A stretch of DNA of 64,000 nucleotides from a virus (lineage: Duplodnaviria; Caudoviricetes). Positions 1 through 10,074 of the stretch are shown piece after piece. The translations under genes were made by a program, and so were the position numbers. Location: the IMG/VR virus record IMGVR_UViG_3300045015_000053; one strand, 5' to 3'. Numbering within the stretch: position 1 is the first letter of the stretch; each line of letters starts with the position of its first letter. The notes under the pieces were generated by a model. The model had not been told where the DNA came from, ran no database searches, and saw only the letters and a program-made list of their open reading frames with translations.

Positions 1-2
1 AC

Positions 3-359
3 GCCGTCGCGTACTTGCCGGACAGACTGATGATCCCCCCGAAAAAGGTCGCCAAGATCCCTCTGGGGTTCAGCATCGCTCTCCCGCTCGGTTGGGAGAT
101 GCAGATCCGGTCGCGGAGCGGTCATGCCAGCAAAGGGATCATCGTCGCAAACGGCATCGGAACCATAGATTCCGATTACAGAGGTCCGGTTACCACACTC
201 CTCTATAATTCAACGGACGAATCGTTCTTCGTTGAAGATGGCGACCGTGTGGCTCAGGTGAGTATCCAGCCGACACCTCGTATCGTGTGGGAACGAACGG
301 AGTTTCTGGAACAGACCGTAAGAGGTGAAGGTGGCTTTGGATCAACAGGAAACAAGTAG
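3..359 (+). CDS. dut: dUTPase (5' end runs off window)
   Basis: Motifs RSRSG, GTIDSDYRG, GDRVAQ and C-terminal RGEGGFGSTG; frame open to the window edge. Confidence 0.95.
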   Translation, partial: AVAYLPDRLMIPPKKVAKIPLGFSIALPLGWEMQIRSRSGHASKGIIVANGIGTIDSDYRGPVTTLLYNSTDESFFVEDGDRVAQVSIQPTPRIVWERTEFLEQTVRGEGGFGSTGNK

Positions 360-378
360 GTTCAAAGGCGAGAACGCA

Positions 379-618
379 ATGGACGATGCCCGGCAACAAT
401 TGTCGGACATGATGGTCAAGGACATGATCGCCGAGATCGACGCCGACACCATTCGGCGTTACAAGCTCGGTCAGCGGATCGTTCAGACCGAACACGGCCC
501 CGAATGGACTTACTTCGTGGACGCGAACAACAAGGTGGTTGACCAGAACGGGTTCCTGCTCGACAACGAGGGCTGCCCGACTGGTCAACGCGGGACATTT
601 ACATCTGGAGTTGAATGA
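379..618 (+). CDS. hypothetical protein
   Basis: ORF in co-directional run, phage-like codon usage. Confidence 0.6.
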   Translation: MDDARQQLSDMMVKDMIAEIDADTIRRYKLGQRIVQTEHGPEWTYFVDANNKVVDQNGFLLDNEGCPTGQRGTFTSGVE

Positions 619-869
619 AGGCTTACGTCGCATTGACAATTGCAAACGAGATCGACGGGCGGGCAACGGTGGTAAGGGCCGACAAAGCGTCCGCGTCCCG
701 CGAAAAGCTTGAAGAGTGGATGAGATCACGTCAGTCAAGTTGGCGCGAACAGATCCGTCTCGGCCCGCCCCCGCAACAGGGGTTCAACGTGGGCAACCAA
801 CCCCCTCAGACCATCATCGACTGTGTCTGTCAGACGCAAGTCATCGAAATCGAAGTTGACGAAAACTAA
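615..869 (+). CDS. hypothetical protein
   Basis: ATGA overlap with upstream gene. Confidence 0.65.
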   Translation: MKAYVALTIANEIDGRATVVRADKASASREKLEEWMRSRQSSWREQIRLGPPPQQGFNVGNQPPQTIIDCVCQTQVIEIEVDEN

Positions 870-877
870 GGAGGACC

Positions 878-1621
878 GTGCCTACAGACAAGATCCCGCA
901 CAACCCGCTTGAGGGAGATAGGCCAGAAATCACCCTCAACCTGCACGACGGCAGCGATGAGCAGGTGAGTATCGTCGTCGTTCACAAGGACCGGCCCGAA
1001 TACCTGAACATATGCCTTCAATCCATTGCGACGTGCAGCTACAACAACAATTACGAGTTGATTGTTGTCGATAACGCATCGGGGAAAGAGTCGCAGGAAT
1101 ACCTCGATGACATTCAGGGCGACGTGAAGGTCATTCGCAACTCTACGAATCTGTACTTCTCGGCAGCCGCGAACAAGGGCGCACAGGCGGCAGACAAAGC
1201 CTCCAAGTACCTCGTCTTCATGCACCCGGATGTGGTTGTCCTCAACCCCGCGTGGCTCGACCTGATGATCAGCGTCAGCGAATCCACCAAGAGCGGACTC
1301 GTCGGACTGGAACAGGGTCGATACCTTTTCGGTTCGCAGAAGGTGGACTTCATTCAGGAATGGTGCATGCTGATGACCAAAGAGTGCTTCAAGGACGTTG
1401 GCCCGTGGCCGGAAGAACTACCGCAGATCGGCCACAGCTTCCTGATGACCGTGAAGGCCACTCAGAAGGGTTACCGCCCGCAGATGATGTCTACGGCGGT
1501 TTGCCACCACTACAAATCCTTCAGCTTGGACATCAACGAATTTGAGAGGATGACCGAGAAGGCGATGACGACGATCCCGAAACTGATCTCGGTCGCGCAG
1601 AGTATCCCGGTCGGTCGATAA
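878..1621 (+). CDS. glycosyltransferase family 2
   Basis: VSIVVVH..., ELIVVDNAS, NLYFSAAANKG, YLVFMHPDVVV; GGAGG RBS. Confidence 0.85.
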   Translation: MPTDKIPHNPLEGDRPEITLNLHDGSDEQVSIVVVHKDRPEYLNICLQSIATCSYNNNYELIVVDNASGKESQEYLDDIQGDVKVIRNSTNLYFSAAANKGAQAADKASKYLVFMHPDVVVLNPAWLDLMISVSESTKSGLVGLEQGRYLFGSQKVDFIQEWCMLMTKECFKDVGPWPEELPQIGHSFLMTVKATQKGYRPQMMSTAVCHHYKSFSLDINEFERMTEKAMTTIPKLISVAQSIPVGR

Positions 1622-1629
1622 GGAGTCAG

Positions 1630-2094
1630 ATGGGCAATCCGAAAAGGCACATCATGGGCAGTGACATTTTCATTGCCCGTCCGGTCATGGACACCGAACA
1701 CAATCGAGTCACTTTCACGGTTTGGCAGGGACACGGTTACAACCAACCGGCCGAGCATTACGACGAGATCCAAGTCAACTTCTATTCGGCCCCTGATGTC
1801 ATTTTGCAATACTCGAACGGCAACACCACAAAAGACGAGTGGCGTCGGTACTTCAGGTACAACTTCAAGGACTTGAATCTTGTTTCAAAAGAGCAGGATT
1901 TGCTCGCCGAGTATTTCGTCTACACCTACAGTTACGGCGAGTTCAAAGACGAGCATTTCGCTTACGACGACCCCGAACTCGAACGCGACATTCCGATGGG
2001 CAAGTTCGCCGGCAAGACTCTGGAAGAAGTAGCTGAGTACAAGCGGCTGAACAAGTACCAGTTCAAGTCGAACTTCAAACCCCGCGATTCTTGA
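1630..2094 (+). CDS. hypothetical protein
   Basis: 154-aa ORF with AGGAG RBS. Confidence 0.7.
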   Translation: MGNPKRHIMGSDIFIARPVMDTEHNRVTFTVWQGHGYNQPAEHYDEIQVNFYSAPDVILQYSNGNTTKDEWRRYFRYNFKDLNLVSKEQDLLAEYFVYTYSYGEFKDEHFAYDDPELERDIPMGKFAGKTLEEVAEYKRLNKYQFKSNFKPRDS

Positions 2095-2464
2095 ACGGGT
2101 CAACCAACACCCAACGTCGGCCGATTTTCTCGTAGCCGACTTTGGCACAGGCTTTCTTGTTTCTGGTTTTGCTGCAAAGTGTGTCGCAGGCCGAACGTTT
2201 TCTTTCGTTGAAGCATGCGTTTTTCAGAGCATCTATCTGCTCTTGGGTCAAAGGCTTGAAGTGATCGCCGTAGGCGTCCCAGGCCGCTTGTGCGGCCTGT
2301 GCGACCGGCTTGCTGTTCAGACCGAGTTCGTTGCCGGTTGGCAAGCCGGCCATCTGCGCGGCCACTTCCGCCCCGCTTTTGGCTAAGGCACCGAGCCAGC
2401 CCCACCCTTCGTCTTGTCGCTTTTCACGTTCGATCAGCCACTCTGAGAACTTCATGGTATTCAT
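2075..2464 (-). CDS. hypothetical protein with capsid-targeting-like N-terminus (MNTMKFSEWLIERE)
   Basis: ATG overlaps the TGA of the 2461..2898 gene; Cys-rich C-terminus. Confidence 0.65.
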   Translation of the reverse strand: MNTMKFSEWLIEREKRQDEGWGWLGALAKSGAEVAAQMAGLPTGNELGLNSKPVAQAAQAAWDAYGDHFKPLTQEQIDALKNACFNERKRSACDTLCSKTRNKKACAKVGYEKIGRRWVLVDPFKNRGV

Positions 2465-2898
2465 TTCGGCACCTTGTTTTTGATGAAATCGACCCACGCC
2501 TCGTGGTGGTGGGTCAGCGGCGGGTGTTTGGTGTAGCAGGCCGCGTAAGCCATGCAGAAGTTTTCTTCGTCGTTGTCTTGGTTCTGTTTCTTGTTCTTCT
2601 TGGCACAGGCCGTCCACGCCTTCTTCAGTTCCGGCGTCATCAACTTTTCCCACACCATGTGGCCGATCTCGTGTAGTGTGGTGAACTCGCGGCCGTAATT
2701 CCACGGGCCGGCGACCGTCACGGTCTTCCCTTTGATCAACCCGATGTGTTCGTCGTCGCCCTTCAGGGTGTTGCCTGGGACGTACTTGAACTTGAACCCT
2801 TTCATGAGGTCCGCGTGTTTCTTGGGAAGCTTCTTCAACATCGCCTTGATGTTGCGTTCTTCCTCTTCCGCTTCTAAAAGGAACTGACTGAAGTCCAT
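2461..2898 (-). CDS. putative Zn metallopeptidase (HExxH), capsid-targeting-like N-terminus
   Basis: TTLHEIGH and EENFCMAYA motifs; starts MDFSQFLLEAE. Confidence 0.75.
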   Translation of the reverse strand: MDFSQFLLEAEEEERNIKAMLKKLPKKHADLMKGFKFKYVPGNTLKGDDEHIGLIKGKTVTVAGPWNYGREFTTLHEIGHMVWEKLMTPELKKAWTACAKKNKKQNQDNDEENFCMAYAACYTKHPPLTHHHEAWVDFIKNKVPK

Positions 2899-2903
2899 GA
2901 TCG

Positions 2904-2909
2904 TATATA
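2904..2909. promoter_or_regulatory. palindromic TATATA, putative bidirectional late promoter
   Basis: Exactly 5 nt from the ATG of each divergent gene (2898 on minus, 2915 on plus). Confidence 0.6.
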
Positions 2910-2914
2910 GATTG

Positions 2915-3709
2915 ATGCTAAACTCGTTTTCAAACTGGTTCCGCGTAGATGAGGCCGCGAACGTGGAATATCAGGAAGGTCTTGTCGCTTCGTTCTTTTC
3001 CAAGCGGATCGCCGAAGCCGTCAAGAAGTTCTTCGAGGAGGACCGGCGGGAGTCTCTGCCGTACTACCTTTCTCAGATCGTCACTGGTGACGTGAAGGAC
3101 GATGTCGGCGTTTTCCCAATCCCTTCGCAGATCGGGCGTGTCAGTCTGACGCCCGATTTCAGCGGCTGGAAGGTCGAGTTGAAACCCGCCAACGAGCGAA
3201 CCTATGCGTTCGCCGGCGCGGGGAACATCGGCATCCCGTATGACAAGTCGGTTCTGAGAAACGCCCAGTCTTTTGAAGACCCGGCGGTTGACGGCATGTT
3301 GAGTCGCATGGACGACCAACTCGTTCACGAGTGCAGCCACATTTCCACCTCGAAGATCGGGGACGACGCAACGATTAAGGGCAAGCCCTACTGGGAGAGG
3401 TTTCAAAAGGGAAGCCCGGAATACGCAGAGGCTCAGATCAAGTATTACACCGATCCGGGCGAGGTTCGCGCTCACGCCCGTCAATACGCGAACATTTATC
3501 TGAAACGATACGGGAGCGACTTCGACCGTCGCAAGTTCGAGCAGATGGCGTGGAGCGACAACAAGTTGCACAGGTTCGTAAATCGGCTCAGGGATAAGGG
3601 TGTTCAGGGGCAGTTCCCGCAGTTGAGCGAGAGGATGTCTAAGGCGTATTCGGACTTCATGAGTTCGGTGGAATACTTTGTGGACCAGGGACGGATTATT
3701 TTCAGTTGA
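2915..3709 (+). CDS. putative Zn metallopeptidase-like protein (HExxH), capsid-targeting-like N-terminus
   Basis: LVHECSHI and DPGEVRAHA; starts MLNSFSNWFRVDE. Confidence 0.75.
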   Translation: MLNSFSNWFRVDEAANVEYQEGLVASFFSKRIAEAVKKFFEEDRRESLPYYLSQIVTGDVKDDVGVFPIPSQIGRVSLTPDFSGWKVELKPANERTYAFAGAGNIGIPYDKSVLRNAQSFEDPAVDGMLSRMDDQLVHECSHISTSKIGDDATIKGKPYWERFQKGSPEYAEAQIKYYTDPGEVRAHARQYANIYLKRYGSDFDRRKFEQMAWSDNKLHRFVNRLRDKGVQGQFPQLSERMSKAYSDFMSSVEYFVDQGRIIFS

Positions 3710-3728
3710 GCGACCCTACAATACAGGC

Positions 3729-4436
3729 ATGGGCAAAGCTTCAAAAGCATCAAAAAATCCAAAAGGCGAGAAACCAATGTCTCCTCGTCGCAACTCAACC
3801 GGGTCGTACCGACTCGAATTCCTCAACCCCGCTCAGAAGCTCGCTTGGGCCACAATCGATTCACACGACGTGTGTTTCCTTGTGGGTCCGGCCGGTACGG
3901 GCAAGACACAACTGGCGACCGCTTACGCGATCCAGAGGTTCTTGGCCGGCGAGTGCCGCAAGATCTTCATCACTCGACCGATTGTCGAGGCCGAAGAGAA
4001 GTTGGGGTTCCTTCCGGGGTCGTTCGAGGAAAAGGTCTACCCGTACATGCTGCCGATCTACGACTCCATCGAAAAGTGTGTCGGTCTAGACACCCCGATG
4101 GCCGAGAAGATCAAGAAGTGTCTCGAAGTCGCGCCGCTGGCGTACATGAGGGGTAGAACCCTTGAGAGTGCCGTGTGTATCCTTGACGAAGCCCAAAACT
4201 GCACACGCAGCCAAATCAAACTGTTCCTCACCCGTCTCGGTGCCGACTCGAAGATGATTGTCACCGGCGACCCGATGCAGAGCGATTTGCGTGGCGGTAC
4301 CGAAGGACTCGAAGACGTTCTGGACGATCTCTCCGATCTCGAAGGAATCGGCATCGTGGAAATGAAGGCCGACGCCATCGTCCGTCACCCGCTGGTCGGA
4401 AAGATCATCGAGAGATTCGAGAGGCCGCGTGAATGA
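3729..4436 (+). CDS. phoH: PhoH family ATPase
   Basis: GPAGTGKT, ITRPIVE, LGFLPG, YMRGRTL, ILDEAQN, GDPMQSDL. Confidence 0.95.
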   Translation: MGKASKASKNPKGEKPMSPRRNSTGSYRLEFLNPAQKLAWATIDSHDVCFLVGPAGTGKTQLATAYAIQRFLAGECRKIFITRPIVEAEEKLGFLPGSFEEKVYPYMLPIYDSIEKCVGLDTPMAEKIKKCLEVAPLAYMRGRTLESAVCILDEAQNCTRSQIKLFLTRLGADSKMIVTGDPMQSDLRGGTEGLEDVLDDLSDLEGIGIVEMKADAIVRHPLVGKIIERFERPRE

Positions 4437-4837
4437 ACGCACTCTACGATAAAGGCCGTCAGAAGTTCTTGGAAGGGGCCGTCGCTTGGTTGACCGACGA
4501 CATCAAGTGTTGTCTGGTCAACGGCACCGATTACACCGTTAACCTCGGCTCTGACGAATTTCTCTCCGACATTCCCGGTGCGGCGATCATCGCCACCAGT
4601 GGCAATTTGGCTTCCAAGACAAGCACTGGTGGTGTCGCGGACGCCGCCGACATCAATTTCACAGCGGTTAGCGGCGACCAAATCGACGCAATTGTGATCT
4701 ACAAGGACACCGGCTCGGACGCCACCAGTCCGTTGCTGCTCTACTGTGACAGCGGCGTCGGCTTGCCTTTTACTCCTATCGGATCTGACATCCTTCTCGG
4801 ATGGGAAAACGGGTCCACGAAGATTTTCAAGCTGTAG
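4433..4837 (+). CDS. putative virion structural protein
   Basis: Small beta-rich acidic protein next to a large repeat protein; function inferred. Confidence 0.6.
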   Translation: MNALYDKGRQKFLEGAVAWLTDDIKCCLVNGTDYTVNLGSDEFLSDIPGAAIIATSGNLASKTSTGGVADAADINFTAVSGDQIDAIVIYKDTGSDATSPLLLYCDSGVGLPFTPIGSDILLGWENGSTKIFKL

Positions 4838-4869
4838 CAATTTAGCGTAAGTCTGCTGTAAATAGGACG

Positions 4870-6945
4870 ATGGCAGACATCGATCAAGTAGACGACACTG
4901 GTAGCGAAGAAGCGGTGGGAAGTCCGACTTTGGGCTTTCTTTACATCGGCGGCGGCACCATCTACGTCGGTAGCATTGGTAGTAACGTACCAAGCAACCG
5001 ACTGGATTTTCCGCTGGAGCTTTCTTGGTCCGTTAACAAGACGATCTCCTCCAAGCTCAGTTTCGAGTGGTCGGTAGGGGAACAGCCGAACTATTGGTTC
5101 CGTGTCGTCGGCGATTGCCAGCAGACCGACCAGTGCAGTTCTTCGATGCCGATCAGCACCCCTCAGCGTTGCATGCAGGGGTCTTACTTCATGACGATGG
5201 TGTTGGCGACATCCCCACAAGACGTGTGCCGTCAGCTTTCCAAGAGCAATTTCGTTTGGCGTATCACGGAGATGGGGCGGTTTTCCACCCCTGCGAACGC
5301 CGAAACAGCAAGGGCGATGGCAGACGCGGGGTTGATCGACCTCAACTGTAACACCCTGATTCCGGTTCCGTTCTCGCAGTTCGCCGACTGCTTGCAATTC
5401 AACTTGTCGGGCGACGAAGTCGTCGCTGTCGGCGGTTACATGAAGGTGTACGACACCTTCTTCAGCTACGAAGGCACGGGCGGTTTCGCGATCTCAGGAT
5501 CGGCCGAAAGCCCAGACCCGAACGAACTGGAAGGGAGCGGCGGGTTCCACCTCGGCGGCGGCGCGACCTACACGTCTACTCAGTTCAACTACGTTGGAAG
5601 TGGCGGATTCCACATCGGCGGCGGTGCGTCGAATACGAGCAGTCAGTTCAACGTTTCCGGCAGCGGCGGGATTCACGTCGGCGGCAGTGCGGACGTTACT
5701 TCTACGCAGTTCGATGCGGAAGGCGAAGGCGGATTCCATCTAGGCGGCAGTGCCGAATCCGTAGTCAGGTTGTCGTTCACTTCGAGCGGGTACGGAATTT
5801 TCGGCCCCACTTTTGCGGGCGTCCAGTTGAAGGGTTCTGCGGCCGTCGCCGCACAATACTACTTCAGCTACGAAGGGACGGGCGGGTTCCACATCGGCGG
5901 GTCCGGTGTCGGCGCGAGCAGTCAATTCAACGCAGAGGGCAGCGGCGGGTTCCACATCGGCGGTGAAGTTTTGACGACTTCCCCCGATTACAACCCCGAA
6001 GGTAGTGGCGGGTTTGAACTCGGCGGCGGTGCCGAGTCGTCTTTCAGTCTGGAGGCGTCCGGCAGCGGCGGCGCTCACCTGGGCGGCAGTGCGTTGACTT
6101 CTTTGAAGTTGCCGGCGGTTGGTAGTGGCGGGTTCCACATCGGCGGCGGCGGGTTGGGCAACAGGTTCTTCGGTAGCGGCGGCTTCCACTTGGGCGGCAG
6201 TGCCGTTGTCGATTCGACTTGGAAGGGCGAGTACATTGACGAGGCCGGTTGGGACGCCGTTTGTTTGGATCTTTCTCCGAACTTCGGTGCGGGGACGCCG
6301 ACCCTTTATGTTCCGACCGTATCGACCGTGAATGTTTGCGGTGCGAGGGGCATACCCACTAGCTTGCAAGTGGTTCAGAATTTCTCCGGGTCGAAGTTGC
6401 TGGACAACTTCCTGACCCGCAACGGACTGACCTTCCCGAACATTTTGAAGATCAGCTATCGCCGGTCCAGTGGGACTTGGCACGGCACATACCAGTACCG
6501 TGGTGCGGCCAACGACGTTTCGCGCGAGCGGTGGAACTTCTTCGTGGAGTTCGGTTGTGTGTCGGACGCCTACGGCCTTTCGGTTTCGCCGGTTTGGAAG
6601 TTCGACTTCAACGTGACGCGGGTCAACGAGCAGAGCGGACTCAGCTTCGACACGCGGATCTTGTCGTATTTCAATACCGAACCGCTGTCTGGCTACTTTA
6701 ACAAGAATGGCGTGGACCTGAACCTGGGATTGAATCCGAAGACGAAGGTCTTGAACATCATTTCCTCGAACGCGGTTCTCCAAGAGGTGACGCTGTTCGA
6801 CGGCATCGGACTTTTCTCGCCGGCCGCGTGGGGAACGAAGGACTTCCAGTACCGCGTACAACTGGTCGGCACCTTCAGTCAGTCGCCGAGCTACGACATC
6901 TTCCCGGTCTTCCCGAAACCGGAGGAGTACGCAGTAACAGTTTGA
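4870..6945 (+). CDS. large glycine-rich repeat protein, probable virion/tail component
   Basis: 691 aa with repeated GSGGFH(I/L)GG; TAAATA 5 nt upstream of ATG. Confidence 0.75.
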   Translation: MADIDQVDDTGSEEAVGSPTLGFLYIGGGTIYVGSIGSNVPSNRLDFPLELSWSVNKTISSKLSFEWSVGEQPNYWFRVVGDCQQTDQCSSSMPISTPQRCMQGSYFMTMVLATSPQDVCRQLSKSNFVWRITEMGRFSTPANAETARAMADAGLIDLNCNTLIPVPFSQFADCLQFNLSGDEVVAVGGYMKVYDTFFSYEGTGGFAISGSAESPDPNELEGSGGFHLGGGATYTSTQFNYVGSGGFHIGGGASNTSSQFNVSGSGGIHVGGSADVTSTQFDAEGEGGFHLGGSAESVVRLSFTSSGYGIFGPTFAGVQLKGSAAVAAQYYFSYEGTGGFHIGGSGVGASSQFNAEGSGGFHIGGEVLTTSPDYNPEGSGGFELGGGAESSFSLEASGSGGAHLGGSALTSLKLPAVGSGGFHIGGGGLGNRFFGSGGFHLGGSAVVDSTWKGEYIDEAGWDAVCLDLSPNFGAGTPTLYVPTVSTVNVCGARGIPTSLQVVQNFSGSKLLDNFLTRNGLTFPNILKISYRRSSGTWHGTYQYRGAANDVSRERWNFFVEFGCVSDAYGLSVSPVWKFDFNVTRVNEQSGLSFDTRILSYFNTEPLSGYFNKNGVDLNLGLNPKTKVLNIISSNAVLQEVTLFDGIGLFSPAAWGTKDFQYRVQLVGTFSQSPSYDIFPVFPKPEEYAVTV
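5470..6201 (+). repeat. intragenic ~19-20-aa GSGGFH(I/L)GG repeats
   Basis: More than ten degenerate copies in the translation. Confidence 0.85.
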
Positions 6946-6968
6946 AAACCATGAATTTGGAGGAATGA

Positions 6969-7565
6969 ATGATTGAAACGCTTGCAACCACACTGATCGT
7001 CATCTTCTGTGTGTTGATCTTCTTGGCCCAGTCAGCGGGCATAGCCAGTTTCTTTTTCTTGCTCTCGCAGAACCGCAAGTTGGCGGCTGCGAACGCCCAG
7101 TTGTTGGCCGACGCTGTACAACGCGATGCGAATCACAAAAAGGTCGAAGACTTGTTCAAGGAACTGGTCGAATTGACCTCGAAGGGGGTCAACGCTCACG
7201 CGGCAGTTACGGATCAACAGAAGAAGATCGAGGACTCGTTGAAAGAGGTGGTCAACGGTCAGTTCCAACTCGCGAACCTCACGACCGAGGGCATCAAGGC
7301 CACCACTGAGTACGTCGGCAAGACCTCGAAGGCGATGACGGACAGCGTCTTCGACTTGATCGAGAAGAACACCGACGACGTGTTGAAGCTGAACACCGAA
7401 AACGCCCAGAAGGTGTACGACTCGCTCTACGTCAACATCCAGATGATGAACTCTCTGATGAGTGCGATGGGTTACCGGCCGACCGGACCCGTCGAACCCG
7501 GCCTACAAGACCCGAAGCGGGGACAGAACTATTCCGCGCCACCGGCCCCATCCGAGGGCTTCTAA
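6969..7565 (+). CDS. membrane-anchored coiled-coil protein
   Basis: N-terminal hydrophobic helix followed by a heptad-like region; GGAGG RBS. Confidence 0.7.
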   Translation: MIETLATTLIVIFCVLIFLAQSAGIASFFFLLSQNRKLAAANAQLLADAVQRDANHKKVEDLFKELVELTSKGVNAHAAVTDQQKKIEDSLKEVVNGQFQLANLTTEGIKATTEYVGKTSKAMTDSVFDLIEKNTDDVLKLNTENAQKVYDSLYVNIQMMNSLMSAMGYRPTGPVEPGLQDPKRGQNYSAPPAPSEGF

Positions 7566-7598
7566 CTCCCTAAAATGAAGATATGGCGGGGGTTAACG

Positions 7599-8558
7599 AT
7601 GAACTACAAGAGCTTCACCAGCCGTAGGGCTTTCGGCATCGAGCTTGAGACATCTCAGACGTTGTCGCAGAGCAAGATCAAAAAACTGATTACCGAGAAG
7701 CACCACCGGCCGGTGACGGTCAAGGAGTTCATGCACTCCAAAAACAACCGCAACTGGCACGTTAAAACCGACGCCAGTTGCGGCGGTCCTGGGGAGAGCT
7801 ATGGCCTCGAAGTGGCGAGCTACAAGGGGTCGGGCGTCGAAGACATGATCTCGATTGCAGACACGGCCCAACACCTTCGAGACAACGGTCTAAAGGTGAA
7901 CCGGAACTGCGGCCTGCACGTCCACGCCGATGTCAGCGATTTCACAACTCAGCACGTCGGATTTTTGTTGGCGCGGTGGATCGCCATAGAGCCGTGGATC
8001 TTAAACGCGGTTCCGATCCGTCGCAGTTTCAGCGTTTACTGTCGCGGCCTGCGATACGTTCGGCCGCTCAAGGACAAGATCTACACCGCAAACGAGCTTT
8101 GGGAACACTTCAAACCCGACAACCCCGCCTACACCAACGGCTTGTTCGGGTTGGAACTTCAAATGCCGCAGGACTACCGCCGGGTCGCTTTGAACTTGGT
8201 CAACTTCAACGACGAACACCTGAAGGCGCGTAAAAAGCGGTGTACGGTCGAGCTTCGGTTGCCGGAAGGAACGCTGCGGCGGGTTGATGTGAAAAACTGG
8301 CCCCGGTTCTTCGTCAATTTGGTTGACGCCGCGTTCCGAGACAAGAAGACCGTTCCGTTGACCGCCGAAACACTTGACGAGTTTTTTGACGCCTGTGGGG
8401 TCGGTCACGAGGGCGATTTTTCCATCCTCAGTCCGGGCCTTCGGGAGACTAAACTCTGGCTCCTGCACCGTTTGCGAAAGTACCACTTCAAGCTCGATTC
8501 TAAGGCCATTGACGATTACATCCATCGGATGACTTGGCCCGAAAAACTGGCCTTCTGA
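7599..8558 (+). CDS. putative amidoligase (COOH-NH2 ligase type 2 family)
   Basis: FGIELE, WHVKTDASC, LEVAS, CGLHVH, TVELRL. Confidence 0.85.
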   Translation: MNYKSFTSRRAFGIELETSQTLSQSKIKKLITEKHHRPVTVKEFMHSKNNRNWHVKTDASCGGPGESYGLEVASYKGSGVEDMISIADTAQHLRDNGLKVNRNCGLHVHADVSDFTTQHVGFLLARWIAIEPWILNAVPIRRSFSVYCRGLRYVRPLKDKIYTANELWEHFKPDNPAYTNGLFGLELQMPQDYRRVALNLVNFNDEHLKARKKRCTVELRLPEGTLRRVDVKNWPRFFVNLVDAAFRDKKTVPLTAETLDEFFDACGVGHEGDFSILSPGLRETKLWLLHRLRKYHFKLDSKAIDDYIHRMTWPEKLAF

Positions 8559-8709
8559 ACTCGTATATAATTGACTTGACCGGGTTGACGAATTGTGTCA
8601 TCTTGGTCACCAGACGAGTTTCTGCAAGTTGATTTAGGTCAACCGCAGTTTCTCGGCCTTACTACCGACTACTACCGACAAGTACCGAACACTAACCCGA
8701 AGGACCACC

Positions 8710-9216
8710 GTGAATACTACCGTATCCACCAACGACCAACTTGTGACCGACCACATCCGTTTCGCCGATTCCATTGCGGCCCGGCGTAAGCGGAGAATCC
8801 CGCCCTGCGTCTCGCTCGAAGAACTCCAGTCTGCGGCCTACATGGGGCTGGTGGACGCATCGAAGCGGTACGACGGGCAGCAGGCGTTCAAGACGTTCGC
8901 CGGGCCGAGGATCGAGGGAGCGATCACCGATTACCTCCGCGAACTGCGTTGGGGCAGCCGCCGCTCGCCGGTGAAGACCCAAGCCGTTGGCGAAAGCGAC
9001 CGCAGCAACGAAACGGAAGTGAACGATCTGTTCGAGGTTGCCGGCCGTTTGGCAAACGACAACACCAGAGAGATTCTGAAGTGGCACTTTGTCGAGGGGC
9101 AGACGCAGAGCGAGATCGCGTCGAGGCTTGGGAAGACCCGTTCTTCCGTCAACCAGACGATTCAGAACTTTGCAAAAGAGGCGCGGTCGCGTTGGACGCA
9201 GGAACGCCTCTGTTGA
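8710..9216 (+). CDS. compact sigma-70 family factor (FliA/WhiG-like regions 2 and 4)
   Basis: ELQSAAYMGLVDASKRYD...FKTFAGPRIEGAITDYLRE; HTH TQSEIASRLGKTRSSV. Confidence 0.85.
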   Translation: MNTTVSTNDQLVTDHIRFADSIAARRKRRIPPCVSLEELQSAAYMGLVDASKRYDGQQAFKTFAGPRIEGAITDYLRELRWGSRRSPVKTQAVGESDRSNETEVNDLFEVAGRLANDNTREILKWHFVEGQTQSEIASRLGKTRSSVNQTIQNFAKEARSRWTQERLC

Positions 9217-9226
9217 GGGCCGAACA

Positions 9227-9460
9227 ATGACGGCGAAGGCGCGAGAAGATTGGCGTGCGAACGTCAAGACTATGGACGGCCTTCGCCGTCGTTATTCCCA
9301 CCTGCACCCGTTGATCCTTCAGCGGACCATCGAACGTGCGGAGTCGGCCGGCGAGGTGTTCGACATTCTCGAAGCCATGCCGCTGGCGTATCCCGTGGTG
9401 TGGGACTCAGAGACACGCAGGTGGGTCGAGCCGCCTGACATCTGGTTGGAAAACAAATGA
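9227..9460 (+). CDS. hypothetical protein
   Basis: ORF after sigma gene; overlaps the next start. Confidence 0.6.
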   Translation: MTAKAREDWRANVKTMDGLRRRYSHLHPLILQRTIERAESAGEVFDILEAMPLAYPVVWDSETRRWVEPPDIWLENK

Positions 9461-10074
9461 AGTTGTACGAAAAATTCCTCTCTCGATTGGGCCTCGATCT
9501 GCCCGTCATCGAACACTCTTCCAATTGGTCGTTCTTGTTTCGGACCTACGGTGACGGGTGGCTGACACCCTTCATCACCATGAAGGTCGATTGGGTCTGC
9601 CCCGAAAACCGCGTCGGCTACTACCAACTGCTTTTCCACCAGCCCATTCACGACGGCTACTCCATCCGCCGCTTCTTCGAGGAGTACAAGCAGCTTCGTT
9701 TGACTTGGGACGAGTACGACACCTTCTTCGAGAACTGGGAGGTTCGTCGCTACATCAAGCCGGGAATGCAAGAAAGTCTCGAACCCGTTTACGGCGACGA
9801 TCTCGTCCTCCGCGCCTGGGAGGTGTTCGTCTACACTCACGACAGTTGGATCGCGAAGCAGCCGTCCGAGTTTCGGATGTACGTCGAGAACGTCATTGAC
9901 GACACCAAGTCAAAAGACCAGCGACTGGCCGCGTACCAGAACGCTTTGATTTTCATGTCGAACTGCGAGCCGTCTGCTTTAAGGGTCTGGAAGAACGAAA
10001 TCTTTGAACGGTGGAATAATAACTACGCTCACTGGTTGGGTAAGTTCCTGACCCCCGAAGGAAAGAAAGCATGA
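9457..10074 (+). CDS. hypothetical protein
   Basis: 205-aa ORF, ATGA coupling. Confidence 0.75.
   Translation: MKLYEKFLSRLGLDLPVIEHSSNWSFLFRTYGDGWLTPFITMKVDWVCPENRVGYYQLLFHQPIHDGYSIRRFFEEYKQLRLTWDEYDTFFENWEVRRYIKPGMQESLEPVYGDDLVLRAWEVFVYTHDSWIAKQPSEFRMYVENVIDDTKSKDQRLAAYQNALIFMSNCEPSALRVWKNEIFERWNNNYAHWLGKFLTPEGKKA

Noticed and set aside
5740-6993. Long antisense ORFs (also 34930..36333 and 51989..53128)
   Set aside because: Shadows of GC3-rich genes on the opposite strand, with no RBS or motifs.
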